Source: Promethearchaeota archaeon
GTDB lineage: Archaea > Asgardarchaeota > Lokiarchaeia > Sigyniarchaeales > SOKP01
Length of the DNA stretch: 64,000 nucleotides
Assembly: GCA_030599585.1 (NCBI GenBank)
Contig: JAUVNS010000004.1
Span: 1 to 64,000, forward strand
Reading direction: 5' to 3'
Below are positions 18,747 to 30,300 of this stretch, piece after piece (within the stretch, counting starts at the first letter, position 1; each line of letters begins with the position of its first letter). Made by a program: the position numbers and the translations under genes. Under the pieces are notes generated by a model. The model made no database searches. It was not told where the DNA came from and worked only from the letters and a program-made list of their open reading frames with translations.

Positions 18747-20339
18747 ATGGAAATTAATACGCTTGAAGATAAAAAAGAAAAAACCAACCAAAGTCAAAAA
18801 ATTATTAACGATTCTATTATAACAGCTAATGAAATCTCTGAATCTGGAGAATTTTTTGAAGCTGGAGAATTCCTTATCTCAATAGCGGAATTATTAGAAG
18901 GACTTGTTTCTTTTCATTCTGTTAAGTTATACAAGCTAACTATTAAATATTGGAATAACGAAATAAACTCCTTTAAATTGCAAGGGAAACTTCACGAAGT
19001 AGCTGAGATTTTCTTACGGATAGCAGAACTTTACGAAAAATTAGAGGAACCGAAATCTTATAAAAAGAATATCCTAGGAAGTATAGATTATCTGAAGCGA
19101 GAAAGTAAATTGTTAAAGGATTTTAACGAAAGCAGAAAACTCGCTCAAAATTATGAGAATATAGCGGGACTCTACAAAACAAAAGTGATGGATCATAAAA
19201 ACGCAATAAAATATTATCTCAATGTCATTGAAATCGCAAAACAATACTCCTATTTTGAATTGCTCTCGTATTCTTATCAACAAATATCAGAATGTTATCA
19301 AGAACTAGACGAAATTGAAAAATCCAACAGTATAATCTATGATGGTATCGAGTTTTTCTCATCGCTTTTTCAAACTTTTGAAGAAAAAAACGATAATCTG
19401 GGGATATCTCAGATAGCTCAAGTTTTAAAATCTCTTTATCACCTTATCGATGATGAAGAACAGTTTATTATCTACTCTAAAAAGGAAGCTGGTGCTTACA
19501 TAAATTTAGCGGAAAGATTAGAAAAAAGCCAAGAAAACTACTATAAAATTGCTCGATACTATCGGGGTGCTGCTTTATGCTATCAAGAGATTAATAATAA
19601 CCTTATCGAATCTGCTTCCTGTTTTGTTTTAGCAGGGAATTATAATGAAGGGATTTACGAATATAATGAGGCGGCTATAAATTTTTTCAACGCCGCTGTA
19701 ATATTTAAAGAATTAAACAATTTAGAAATGACTTACAAGCATTACGTTAAAGCTGGAGATAACTATTGGAAAAAAAAAAACGTAAATGATTCGACTGAGA
19801 GCTATTTGAATGCTTACGATATTGCTGTAGAGGGTGGCTTAGAATATAATAAATTTGGCATTTTTAATCAAATTGTTAGAGGTTTAAACATAATAGCAAA
19901 AGAAGGGTTAAAAAACAAACAATTTTACACCGCAGCAACCTTAATTATGGAAAGTATCAAATTTTATCAACAATTGGATACCGCCAAGGACTTTCTTGTA
20001 AATGAGATGCTAAAGAATGTCTACAGATATTACTATAAAGCTGCTAATTTGAAAAAAATCGGAAGCTCCCATATAGTACAATCATATGTGATGGCTGCTA
20101 TTTCATCTATCCTTAATGGAAATATTGATAAAGCGCTGGATATCCTTTCAGAGATAGAATTAGAAGGAAATACCGTGAATAAATACAAGGAATTAGTCCA
20201 AATTATTATTGATTGGGTCTCTGAGGGGATAGAGGTTGAATTTGAAAACTTTCCATATGATATAAAAAGAATAATAATAGGTTCTGAAGAAATTGGCTAT
20301 CTTTTAAGGTTCTTTAAAGGATATAGAGTGTATTACTAA
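18747..20339 (+). CDS. All-helical TPR/alpha-SNAP-like repeat protein
   Basis: Repeated AxxY/FxxAAxxY/F helical pairs. Confidence 0.65.
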   Translation: MEINTLEDKKEKTNQSQKIINDSIITANEISESGEFFEAGEFLISIAELLEGLVSFHSVKLYKLTIKYWNNEINSFKLQGKLHEVAEIFLRIAELYEKLEEPKSYKKNILGSIDYLKRESKLLKDFNESRKLAQNYENIAGLYKTKVMDHKNAIKYYLNVIEIAKQYSYFELLSYSYQQISECYQELDEIEKSNSIIYDGIEFFSSLFQTFEEKNDNLGISQIAQVLKSLYHLIDDEEQFIIYSKKEAGAYINLAERLEKSQENYYKIARYYRGAALCYQEINNNLIESASCFVLAGNYNEGIYEYNEAAINFFNAAVIFKELNNLEMTYKHYVKAGDNYWKKKNVNDSTESYLNAYDIAVEGGLEYNKFGIFNQIVRGLNIIAKEGLKNKQFYTAATLIMESIKFYQQLDTAKDFLVNEMLKNVYRYYYKAANLKKIGSSHIVQSYVMAAISSILNGNIDKALDILSEIELEGNTVNKYKELVQIIIDWVSEGIEVEFENFPYDIKRIIIGSEEIGYLLRFFKGYRVYY

Positions 20340-20500
20340 CATTACTAACTAAATTTTTAACTAGAAACAATATAAATAAATAGATCATCGTTTATTCTAT
20401 TTATAAGACCTTAATATCGTACGATCGCTTATTAGTCTGGCATACTATGATGTTTTGGATATAAAACTCTCAAATTCTAACATTTTATTAGGTTTTTAAA

Positions 20501-21679
20501 ATGAGAAAACAATTAAAAGCAATACTAATAATTATTCCACTATTAATCGCTGTAGCTGTTTCTCTAACCATTATACTACCGTATTTTAAGCAACCATCGC
20601 AACCTCCTACTTCTAAAGGATTAGTTTATATTTATGTTGATTCATCGATTTACAATGGATTAACTTCTGAGATACAACAATATGAGACTGATGTAAATAA
20701 TCAAGGATATAGTACCAAGGTAATCAATTGGACATCAAGTAATGTGGCAATGTTAAAACTTAACTTAACTAATGCTTATCCTCTTGGTTTGGAAGGTGCG
20801 GTTCTAATCGGTGACTTACCTTATGTTATGGCAAGACATTTGGATATTGCGTGGGGTAAACATTGGAATTATCCTTGTGATTTATATCTTATGGATTTAG
20901 ATGGGCAATGGTCTGATACAGTTATTCCTAATGGGATATTTGATATAGATCAAAATGAACACACAAATGGAACTGGTGATTGGACTCCAGAAATATGGAT
21001 TGCACGAATCAGCCCTAGTTCTATCGGAGTTACGGGATTCAATTACACAGCAGCTTATAAAAATTATTTTGAACGCAATTTTAATCTAAGGCATGGTATT
21101 ACTAATAGATCTCATAAAGCTTTACTATACATAGATGACGATTGGTCAAGTTATAAGGATGAATGGTTAAGCAATTTTACAGCATATACCGGTAGCGAGG
21201 TCGATTGTTATTGGAACGATCCAACTACAACAGCAGCAAACTATATGAATAATATATCTACAGTTAATTACGAATTTGTCCATTTGCTTGTTCATTCATG
21301 GCCAACTCAGCATCTATTTGGACCTCCTTCCGCTCTTGGATCTGAAGGTGTTTTAACGTATAAAAATGTATATGGAAACAGTACTTTGCCTTTATTTTAT
21401 AATTTATTCGCATGTTTTTCATGTAATTATACCCAAGTTAACAATACTGGAACTTATTATCTGTTTTCAGATAATACTTTAACAGTCATTGGGAGTTCGA
21501 GAGATGGTGGTATGGATTTATATCAACCCTTCTACGATAATTTAAACCAAGGAGCAATAATAGGCGATGCTTTTGTAACGTGGTTTCATAATCCTGAAAT
21601 TGTTAAGTGGAATAAGGAATTATTATATTACGGAATGACTATCTTGGGAGATCCTCTTCTTACGATATATATGACGTAA
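20501..21679 (+). CDS. Membrane-anchored C25 (gingipain-like) cysteine peptidase
   Basis: N-terminal TM; VLIGDLP, DLYLMDLDG, PEIWIARI, HS...AC dyad and C-terminal LGDP. Confidence 0.7.
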   Translation: MRKQLKAILIIIPLLIAVAVSLTIILPYFKQPSQPPTSKGLVYIYVDSSIYNGLTSEIQQYETDVNNQGYSTKVINWTSSNVAMLKLNLTNAYPLGLEGAVLIGDLPYVMARHLDIAWGKHWNYPCDLYLMDLDGQWSDTVIPNGIFDIDQNEHTNGTGDWTPEIWIARISPSSIGVTGFNYTAAYKNYFERNFNLRHGITNRSHKALLYIDDDWSSYKDEWLSNFTAYTGSEVDCYWNDPTTTAANYMNNISTVNYEFVHLLVHSWPTQHLFGPPSALGSEGVLTYKNVYGNSTLPLFYNLFACFSCNYTQVNNTGTYYLFSDNTLTVIGSSRDGGMDLYQPFYDNLNQGAIIGDAFVTWFHNPEIVKWNKELLYYGMTILGDPLLTIYMT

Positions 21680-21778
21680 TTTCAGCTTCAAATTAGTAAG
21701 ATTTTATTAATTTTTTTCAATTTTTTTTTTCTCAAGTGCCTTCAAACTTTTTTTATCTCTCTTCATGTATTTTAATAA

Positions 21779-22435
21779 ATGGAAAAAAAAAAGAAGATAA
21801 TTTTAAGTTTTGACTTAGATAATACACTAATCAATAACAGAGAGGGAATCGTAAATTCATTTAATTACGCTCTTAAAAAATATAAAATCCCTACTCTTGA
21901 ACGAATAGAAATCGAAAAAATGATTGGTACGCCTTTAGAGGACATGTTTGAAAAGGTTTCTAATGTCAATCCAAAAAAACTATCTTCAGCTTTTCGTGAA
22001 TATTACAGAGAAAAAGGTATATATCAAAGCAGCTTATTACCTGGCGTTAGAGAAAAATTAGAAGAATTTAAACAACACTTTTTTACTTTAGGCGTAATAA
22101 CCTCAAAAAGGCAAGGACTGGCAATTCAAATTACAAAGATTTTAGGTATTTTTAAGTGCTTTGAATATGTCATAGGGGAAAGCGAACACATAAAAAGTAA
22201 GTTAGATCTAAACTTAAAAAAACACTTACAAAATAAATATAGCGAATATAATTTCGTGATTATTGGGGATCATCCTAAAGATTTGGCTCTTGCTGAAAAT
22301 ATTGGTGCACCATTCATAGGTGTGTTGACAGGAAACCATTCTGCTGAAGAATTAAGACGTGGAAATGCCCCAAAAATACTAATAATGGAAAGTGTTAAAG
22401 ATTTGTTTCCAAACCTGATTTATTCTTTGTTTTAA
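21779..22435 (+). CDS. HAD-family hydrolase (phosphoglycolate phosphatase-like)
   Basis: FDLDNTL, ITSK and IGDHPKD motifs. Confidence 0.85.
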   Translation: MEKKKKIILSFDLDNTLINNREGIVNSFNYALKKYKIPTLERIEIEKMIGTPLEDMFEKVSNVNPKKLSSAFREYYREKGIYQSSLLPGVREKLEEFKQHFFTLGVITSKRQGLAIQITKILGIFKCFEYVIGESEHIKSKLDLNLKKHLQNKYSEYNFVIIGDHPKDLALAENIGAPFIGVLTGNHSAEELRRGNAPKILIMESVKDLFPNLIYSLF

Positions 22436-22480
22436 AAAATAATAAAGTAAAGCTATAAAAAAAGTAAAAAAGAAAAATAA

Positions 22481-23935
22481 CTACTCCTTTAAATCTTCGT
22501 AGGTTTTCATAAATTCTTCAGGCTTCCATAGCTCTGTCATATATTTACCAATTCCGGAGCTATCTCGGGGTCCAACTACAACGTAAGCATCGGCTTCGTC
22601 TTCTAAAGCCCCACTTAAACGTGCGGCCATACCGGGTATAATTAATATACGATGATCTACTTTATCGAAGGCACCAAATTCTTTTGTTGCTTCGGCGATA
22701 CTACCTGCTGAAAATTGCCCACCAGCTACAGCCGATTCAATACCGATACCCTCTGAATCAACAACTAAGAGCCATGCGTCTACGTTTGCTCCTTTTATAT
22801 CAATTTCCACCGGGATCTTTGTCAATCGATAATTTGAAGTTACAAAAATAGGAGCCATTTTACCAGGTTCTCCTATTTGAAAACAACCAGGATCTGTTGT
22901 TGGATAAATTCGAGGATCGCTAAAAACACTCTGCCTTAAGGTCATGATTGCTAGCAATGCCCAAATATCTTCTTTCCTCTTACCACTGTGGAGAACAATT
23001 AAACTTGTGTCTATAGATTCCATAATCGCTGCCATAATGATTTCTTGGTATTGATGCTCCCAAAGCTTCTTATCGTCGTCAGTCTTAACTTGACTCCAAT
23101 ACGCTGCGGGAACTCCCATGACCGGGAAACCTGCGTTCACATTTCCCTTATCAATTGCGGAAACTCTCAATCTCATTATGTTGTCGTAAGTTAAGGCTAC
23201 ATTTCCGGGACCAAAAACGGTCATAGCGTCTAAAATTATATCCTTTACACCAAGCTTTTGTAGGGTGGCACTTAAAGACATAAGTTCATCTAAATCATTT
23301 GAGACGGCAACAACAGGCAAATTATTTTCAACTGCAAATTTTCCTACTTTTTCCCACGTATCTTTTGTTGCAGCATAAAGTAGAGGTCTTAATTCTTTAA
23401 TTTCAGCAGCAGCAACGAGTAATATATCTGGATTCAAACAAGCTAACATAACGGGAAGATTAGATGTCTCTGTAAGTTTCTTCGCAGCGAGTTTGTATTG
23501 ATCGGCGTCTCCAGATACGCATCTTAACGCGATTCCATTAATTTGTAGTACATCTCCCATCCTTTCCAGAACAAGATCTGTTAAATACTTAACAACTTCT
23601 TCCAAATCTGGATCGTCATCAGCTACCTCCATGAAAATACCAGTTTCGTTGTAATATGTTAATTGATGCCGATTAAGAATCTCTTCTCCACCAATTATAC
23701 ATTTACGGTCACCCACTCCAATTTCCACAGACTTTTGTGGAGGAGTAACAAGTGCAATTAATTTAGCTCGCTTCTTCGCCTGTTTAGGATCCTGCATTAA
23801 ATGAGTGCAATCTTGAACTACGACCTTCCTTTCGAGCAAATCTGTGCCAAATGCCATACAAGTATCTCTACCACATTCTTGACAATTACTCTTATCTAAA
23901 AGAGCATAAATTTCTAACGGGCTGGGTCTGGCCAT
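22481..23935 (-). CDS. cdhE: Acetyl-CoA decarbonylase/synthase gamma subunit (corrinoid Fe-S protein large subunit)
   Basis: N-terminal CQECGRDTCMAF...C 4Fe-4S motif; IGGEE, VTSNY, HRILIIPG and VGPRDSS. Confidence 0.92.
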   Translation of the reverse strand: MARPSPLEIYALLDKSNCQECGRDTCMAFGTDLLERKVVVQDCTHLMQDPKQAKKRAKLIALVTPPQKSVEIGVGDRKCIIGGEEILNRHQLTYYNETGIFMEVADDDPDLEEVVKYLTDLVLERMGDVLQINGIALRCVSGDADQYKLAAKKLTETSNLPVMLACLNPDILLVAAAEIKELRPLLYAATKDTWEKVGKFAVENNLPVVAVSNDLDELMSLSATLQKLGVKDIILDAMTVFGPGNVALTYDNIMRLRVSAIDKGNVNAGFPVMGVPAAYWSQVKTDDDKKLWEHQYQEIIMAAIMESIDTSLIVLHSGKRKEDIWALLAIMTLRQSVFSDPRIYPTTDPGCFQIGEPGKMAPIFVTSNYRLTKIPVEIDIKGANVDAWLLVVDSEGIGIESAVAGGQFSAGSIAEATKEFGAFDKVDHRILIIPGMAARLSGALEDEADAYVVVGPRDSSGIGKYMTELWKPEEFMKTYEDLKE

Positions 23936-24131
23936 TTTAATTTCTCCTAAATTCTAATTAGTCTTTTTTTAAATAATTATTAATTATTTTTTTATAGTTA
24001 GTGTAGTAGGTTTTACATTAAAAATTTGTTTTTTTTCAAAATTTGATGTGTTAAGAATGAATGTCAAATATTTAATCGTTTTCAAGAAATTTAATAGAAT
24101 CAATTATTTGATTATAATAATTTTTTGTTCG

Positions 24132-25241
24132 CTACTTTTTAGTTTTAATTTCAAGTTTACGCTTTAAGATTTTATTATATAAATCATCCATTGTGGGGGG
24201 TGGATCAATCTCTTTATCTTTTTTCGTGAGTTGGATTGCCTCTTCAGGACAGGTTGGAACACAATTGCCACAACCGATACATTTTTTTTTATTTATTTTA
24301 GAGATTTCTTTAACAAGTTTAATTGCTTCCATCTGACAACGATCTATGCATGTACCACATCCAGAACATAATTCAGAATCCACTTCTGCAAAAAAATTAG
24401 CCGAAAAAAATTGAACTGGTCTGGGAAATTTTTTGGTACCAGCTAAAACCGGGCAGCAACATCCACAACAGCTGCATATAAAATGAGGTTTGAGAGAATT
24501 TCCTGCTTGAAGAACTAATCCATCCTCTTCGTTTTTACGTTGTATTTTGAGAGCTTCTTCCCTTGAAATTTCTCTCCCCCACCCCTGATCAATATACATG
24601 TGAGCCATTGGTCCAAATGTCATACATACTTCACGTCGATCTGTTACCTTACAAGGATTTCCTAAAAGATCAGTAGCCTGGCGACAAATACAATTTACCA
24701 CCGCAAATGGCTCTTCAACTTCTTCGATAATCGTTTTAAGATCGTCATATGTAGAGATGTGATGTTCTAGTGTAATACTTTTTTCTACTGGCACAGTTCG
24801 AAATTGGGAAATTTTGGTGCCAAACATTTCTAAGCCAAGTTTTATTCCAAGATATTTGTGAAATTTATCTAAAAAATCTTTATTAAGCCTATTAACTTGG
24901 AATTCGTACATTCCAATCACGAACTGAGCATTACTATAATATTTCTTACCTTCTTCTTTCTTAAAATGAATAACTCCTTTTTTAATCATGTTATCTAAAT
25001 GGGATTCCAATTCTTCAATTGATAATCCGAGATCTTTCGTACGCTCATAAATTGTATTTAATGGTTCAAGATTCTTAGACCAAGAAAAATTTAATTTTGT
25101 AGCAATCCTTGCTTCTTCTACGGTGAAGAAATATCTCAAAAGATCCATTTCCACTCCAGATTTAGTAGAAGGATATCCTATAGGAAAGGAATCAAGATGT
25201 TCTTTCAGTTCTTCATATATAATTAATTCGTCTAATGTCAT
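24132..25241 (-). CDS. Multi Fe-S protein with C-terminal 2x[4Fe-4S] ferredoxin domain
   Basis: CICR, CSCCGCCC and two CxxCxxCxxxC motifs. Confidence 0.85.
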   Translation of the reverse strand: MTLDELIIYEELKEHLDSFPIGYPSTKSGVEMDLLRYFFTVEEARIATKLNFSWSKNLEPLNTIYERTKDLGLSIEELESHLDNMIKKGVIHFKKEEGKKYYSNAQFVIGMYEFQVNRLNKDFLDKFHKYLGIKLGLEMFGTKISQFRTVPVEKSITLEHHISTYDDLKTIIEEVEEPFAVVNCICRQATDLLGNPCKVTDRREVCMTFGPMAHMYIDQGWGREISREEALKIQRKNEEDGLVLQAGNSLKPHFICSCCGCCCPVLAGTKKFPRPVQFFSANFFAEVDSELCSGCGTCIDRCQMEAIKLVKEISKINKKKCIGCGNCVPTCPEEAIQLTKKDKEIDPPPTMDDLYNKILKRKLEIKTKK

Positions 25242-25387
25242 TTTTTAACCTATAGATATGTTATTTGGAATTTCATGTGAAATTTTGATATTTAAATTAA
25301 GACAAAGTTATATTTAAAAATGATCTAATGATTGAATTGCAAAATTACCTAAACAATTGTCATATAATTTATTAAAGGAAAATGGTA

Positions 25388-26767
25388 TCAATTTTTCATC
25401 AACTTTAGAGGAATTAATGATAACATTGCCAAAAACCCTACAACAATAAATAGTGCCTCAATTTGAATAAAAGCAGAAAAATATGTTCCCAAGGGAATAA
25501 ATATCACACAACTAAGTGCATACGACATTTTCAAGCACTGAAATGTAAAAGTTTTATACTTTCCATTATTAGAAATCGTTATCATCAACGAAGTATAATT
25601 TAACATCATTACACCAGCAATAAGCTGAATAACTCCTTGGATAATCATCAAAAATAAAAAGTCTGACATCGCCATAAGAAAAGTTAAAACAGCATATAAT
25701 CCAACGGTGATAGCGATAATTCTTTTTCGATTAGAGAACTTTAAAGCATATAACACTTCATCCTGATTGTTATTTTGAAGATCTGGTTTCAAGTGTTTTG
25801 TAGTCATAAATTCGTTAATTTTATTATTTTCTCTGTTTGAAATTCGCTGTCCTATTATCCAACCTCCAATATTGAGTAAGATCAAAACAATATATAATAA
25901 TGAGTAAATATTAAACCCTTCTTCTCCGTATTTTGTTAAAACCCAAGACGAAAAAGGAAATTGATAAAGTTTATCACTCCAAATCAATAAATACGATAGA
26001 AATAATAAAATCAGATTTAATGTATTATTTCCCCCTAAACTTATAGTATCCCCCTCAGGTTGCTCGATACTTTTTTCCACGGATGGATTATTAGTTGTTT
26101 CTCGCAAAAGAACGGTTGATAAGATTATTGGAAGAGAAAATAAGAAACCAATAAAGAAAAAACCATTCCATTGATTTACATTAAAGAGGTCGCTTACAGT
26201 GAAGAGAAACAAAACCGAAGGGATAAAAGATCCTACATTCGACGAGATATTTATTGCTGCTAAATTACCATCCTTTACTCCTTCGCTACTGGAATGATCA
26301 ATTATCATTTTTGAAACGCCAACTTTAATAAATTCCTGCGCTAAAAGGTTCAAAGCTAAGAAAAGACCGAAAATGCCTAAATTACTTCCGTTTAATACGG
26401 AAAATAAGAAACTAACCAAGAATAATATACTAGATGAAATTAAAATTAATTTTTTATTTTTGGTGTACCTATCAAATACATACCCTAAAACAGGTCCGGA
26501 AAACATCACAAAATACACAAATACTTGAATAAAAGCTAATTGACTAGTATCAACATTCAATATGTTTAATAAATAGACTGGAACATAAATTACCAAGAAG
26601 ATTCGAATCACGCTAATAGCAAAATAGAGAAAGAAAAATCCAAAGTAGTTGGATTTCTTAACGCTCCTTTTTTCGCTCTCCTTAAATAGCCTGAAAATCC
26701 AATTGTCTTTAAACTCTGATTTTCCTATTGATTTATTCGCTGTGGCTGTATTTTTGTATTTTAGCAT
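25388..26767 (-). CDS. MFS transporter
   Basis: About 12 TM segments; motif A-like GYVFDRY.KNK. Confidence 0.75.
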   Translation of the reverse strand: MLKYKNTATANKSIGKSEFKDNWIFRLFKESEKRSVKKSNYFGFFFLYFAISVIRIFLVIYVPVYLLNILNVDTSQLAFIQVFVYFVMFSGPVLGYVFDRYTKNKKLILISSSILFLVSFLFSVLNGSNLGIFGLFLALNLLAQEFIKVGVSKMIIDHSSSEGVKDGNLAAINISSNVGSFIPSVLFLFTVSDLFNVNQWNGFFFIGFLFSLPIILSTVLLRETTNNPSVEKSIEQPEGDTISLGGNNTLNLILLFLSYLLIWSDKLYQFPFSSWVLTKYGEEGFNIYSLLYIVLILLNIGGWIIGQRISNRENNKINEFMTTKHLKPDLQNNNQDEVLYALKFSNRKRIIAITVGLYAVLTFLMAMSDFLFLMIIQGVIQLIAGVMMLNYTSLMITISNNGKYKTFTFQCLKMSYALSCVIFIPLGTYFSAFIQIEALFIVVGFLAMLSLIPLKLMKN

Positions 26768-26935
26768 TTTAATTTTACCAACTCGAGAAATGCAATTTAT
26801 TTTTCTATTTATTCGTTTTCAAACTTTTAAACTCCACAGTTAATATAATTCTGAAGTATTTTCGGATTTTAACAGGCATTAGCATTAGGAGAGTTATAAA
26901 AATTCTTTCAATGGTAAAGCTATTGCGCCATTTTT

Positions 26936-27000
26936 AAAAAAAAAGGAAATATATTCTTCCCGTTTAAGGTTATTAATAACCTTATATACGGGAGAAATAT
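26936..27000 (-). terminator. Long hairpin followed by U9 tract
   Basis: Imperfect 50-nt inverted repeat (26951-27000) with perfect 20-nt palindromic core TAAGGTTATTAATAACCTTA; minus-strand T9 at 26944-26936. Confidence 0.55.
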
Positions 27001-27030
27001 TTATGGTGCTATACCGTGTTCTCCAGGCAT
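27001..27030 (-). CDS. Candidate 9-aa leader/micro-peptide MPGEHGIAP
   Basis: ATG preceded by SD-like GAGGTAAGG and TATA TTTAAATA (27084-27077); stop abuts the hairpin. Confidence 0.4.
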   Translation of the reverse strand: MPGEHGIAP

Positions 27031-27312
27031 TTTAGCCTTACCTCAACTGATTTTGATAAAATATTATCTGACTTTTGTATTTAAACCCGTTATCTTCAAC
27101 CAACGAGTTCTATTAACACAATACTCTCTCACAATCTTTATTCAACAATAGATATAAAAACATAGAGAAAAATGTGTAAGATAAGCGTGGATTTTTTATA
27201 CTTACATGACCGATTAATCATTAAATCTAAAAATTTATGGCATAAAAAAGTATTTAAATTCTTACGCTAAATAAATTCATAATTCTAACTTGTTATCTAT
27301 AAAATTGAATAT

Positions 27313-30300
27313 ATGACAAAATTAAATATCGATTTTTTAATAAAAACTCCAATCAAAACTATCCTAGAAAAGATTGACTACTTTTTTCGGAAACTTCTTC
27401 GAGAAATTGAATCCTATCTCCAAATAGAGGTATTTTACCCTAAAATCAGCATAATTTTGAAAAATGAAGAATCAAGTTCAGGTGCGGTAGATAACTTATT
27501 TTCGATAGGAGTTGAGAGATCATATAACAATGATATTCTTAGTATTAAAATATCTTCAGATTTTTTTCAATATATCCAATTTATTATGCTTCGTGAAGCC
27601 TATAAATGTTTTATTCCTCAGCTCGACAATCAGATGAAAATGATTGAAATCTTCATAAACCAAAAAGTTACTATTGATCTTAAAAAATTAGCCTCTTTGA
27701 AAGAATGGAACGCAAAAGCAACTGATAAACTAGTAGATTACGAGTTCATATCAGCGCAAAGCGATCGTTTAGAGAACTTTTTAAAGCAAGAGAGCACAGG
27801 AAGCGTTGACAGTCCTTTTAAATTCTTTTTTAAGTATATCAGAAAAAACATCCAAATCATTACTGAACAACAAGCTGGTTTCTACGACATATTGTATGAA
27901 AAATACCATTTAATCTCCTCGAAATCTTTATATAACGACGATATAATAGAAACTATCAGAGTTCTCAGTAAAATTTTCAATAGAGTTCAGTATTATACTG
28001 CAATGCTGGATTATCAGCATTATTTTACGACTTTCAAAGAAAATGGATTCATTCGGACGGATCTAAGTCTGAACAAATTCACCGAAAACATGCAAAGAAT
28101 TAAAAATTATAGCTCTATATCCCCGAACTATAAAGTAAATTGGTCCGCATTGAATCTTTACTCTATTAATTGTTTTTTGAAGTTCAATCCAGTTTTAAAT
28201 CGGTCAAAAATACGCCAAATCGTTAAAGAGCTACCTTTCTTCCTTCTTATTAAAGAATGTAGAACAAATTTCGGATTAGAAATCGACGGGTTTTTTGTCG
28301 TACCAAAAATATATTTTAACGATGTAAAGAGGTTTCTTGAGAAACTCGAAGAAAATGGGTACATCCTTCAAACCAGATTGACTATTGTTGAAAAAATTGA
28401 AATTTTAGTTAACGCAAATTATCTACGAGAGTATCATGACAAAAAAACCATAGTTAATAAAAAGAATAAATTATACGACAAAAAGTACGAATTACATCGT
28501 GTTATAGATTATGGACAAAGGGAATATAACGAGGAAGTAACGCTTCTCGATTGGCTAATAATCGATAGAATTCGATACGTATCGCTAACAGGGTTTAATT
28601 TCGAAAGAAGGGCGGGAACTATTAAGTTATTAAAGACTGATCTTATTAACGAAATTATAAGTCAAAGGAAATTTATTACGGACTTAAAAACAAATTTGAC
28701 AATCATTCATACGTCGTTAGAACTCAGGAACAATTTTCTAGAGTTTTTAAAAACAAATGAATCCTTTGGATTCTTTTACATCAAAAATATGCTTAACGAT
28801 TATATTACTACTTTTCGCTTAATTAAAGATATTTTAATTAAAAACCCTTCTATTACCAGTGTCTTCACATTTCGTGATTATTTTATAACACAAGGAGTAT
28901 CAAATTCAATCGAAAATAACATTACCTTTAAAAACCCAACAATTAAAAAGGCGATTTTTAGCCAATTCCTACCTTTATATTTTAAATCAAGGGAGAATTT
29001 AGAGGAAGAAATTAGCAAGTATACCAGTTTCTTTAACATAATTAATTCTTGCTACGATTTGAAGATTTTTAACTTAAAGTCTATGCACACGATAGCAAAA
29101 AATAAATCGCTACTAAACACGATTTTCAAATCAAAAGAACAGAAATTAAGAAACACTTACGAAAATTACAAGCTCTCAGAGATAAATTACCAAACCATTG
29201 AAAAAAAATTAGAAAATTACCTAAATCACGATCCTCCCGTTATAAAACCTAATTTAATTGATAACATCGTTCCGTCGAATTTCCAAGTTTTTATCATGCT
29301 CTTAAAAAACAATTTAAAAACTATCGAGAATCTTGAAAAAGTCTCTTATATTTCAAAAAAAACGACGATCGTATGGAGTAATAATATTCTCTATGTTGGA
29401 TTTTTTATTCCTTACCTAAATAGCGAAGAAAAAAGCTCCTTGATATCAATACTCACCGATATCTTTCAAGATAATTTAATTAGCATTAAAAGATATTTGT
29501 GGAGCTATGTTATTAAAGCATTTTCACGTAAAGATTTTTTCGATTTAGAACAGAAAGAGTTTTTTTATACAAAGGACCTGTTTGAACAGTATTTCTTAAA
29601 CGTGTGGAGTATCCTTGGTGAAGCGCAAAAACCACTTCCAGAAATCCCTAATTCCGCTTTAACTAAATTTTGGCCAAAAGAGGATGACCTCCCCACCTTA
29701 ATTAAATCTGTGGAAGACCGCATTAAAAATGAGCGCGTTGATTTAAACATAGATAATTTACGCAACTTAGTTGAATTAAATAAGCTTTTGAAAGACAAAA
29801 TTCTAGATCTAGAAGGGTTTAAAACATCCTACGAAAAATCGTTTTTCAAAAATTACGTTAAATCAATTAATTTCATACCATCGTTTCAACGGTTCGGGAT
29901 GAGCCAATACTCGCTATACTTTTATCCCACAGATATCAACAAGATTGATTTTAAGCTTTTATTGAACAACTCCTTCCAATCGATTAGCTATCCCGCACAG
30001 ATCGATAACTCTAATTCGTTTTTAATCCGATATATCTCTCCTTATCACAACCCTGGTGTATCTACATATTTGAATTGGCTTACTAAATCTAAAAAAATCG
30101 TTAGAGAATATTGTCTATTTTTCGTGAAAAAAATGTATCAGGTATTCCATTTCAATTACAACTTGAGTCCCGAAGGGTGGGATTTCGACCCAAATAGATT
30201 CAAAATTTACTTTCAAAATATATTGTTTAATCCCGATTATAAAGTTCAAATTCCGGAATTAAAGGAGTTTAACGTTGGCGATTTAACTGGTGCAAATTAT

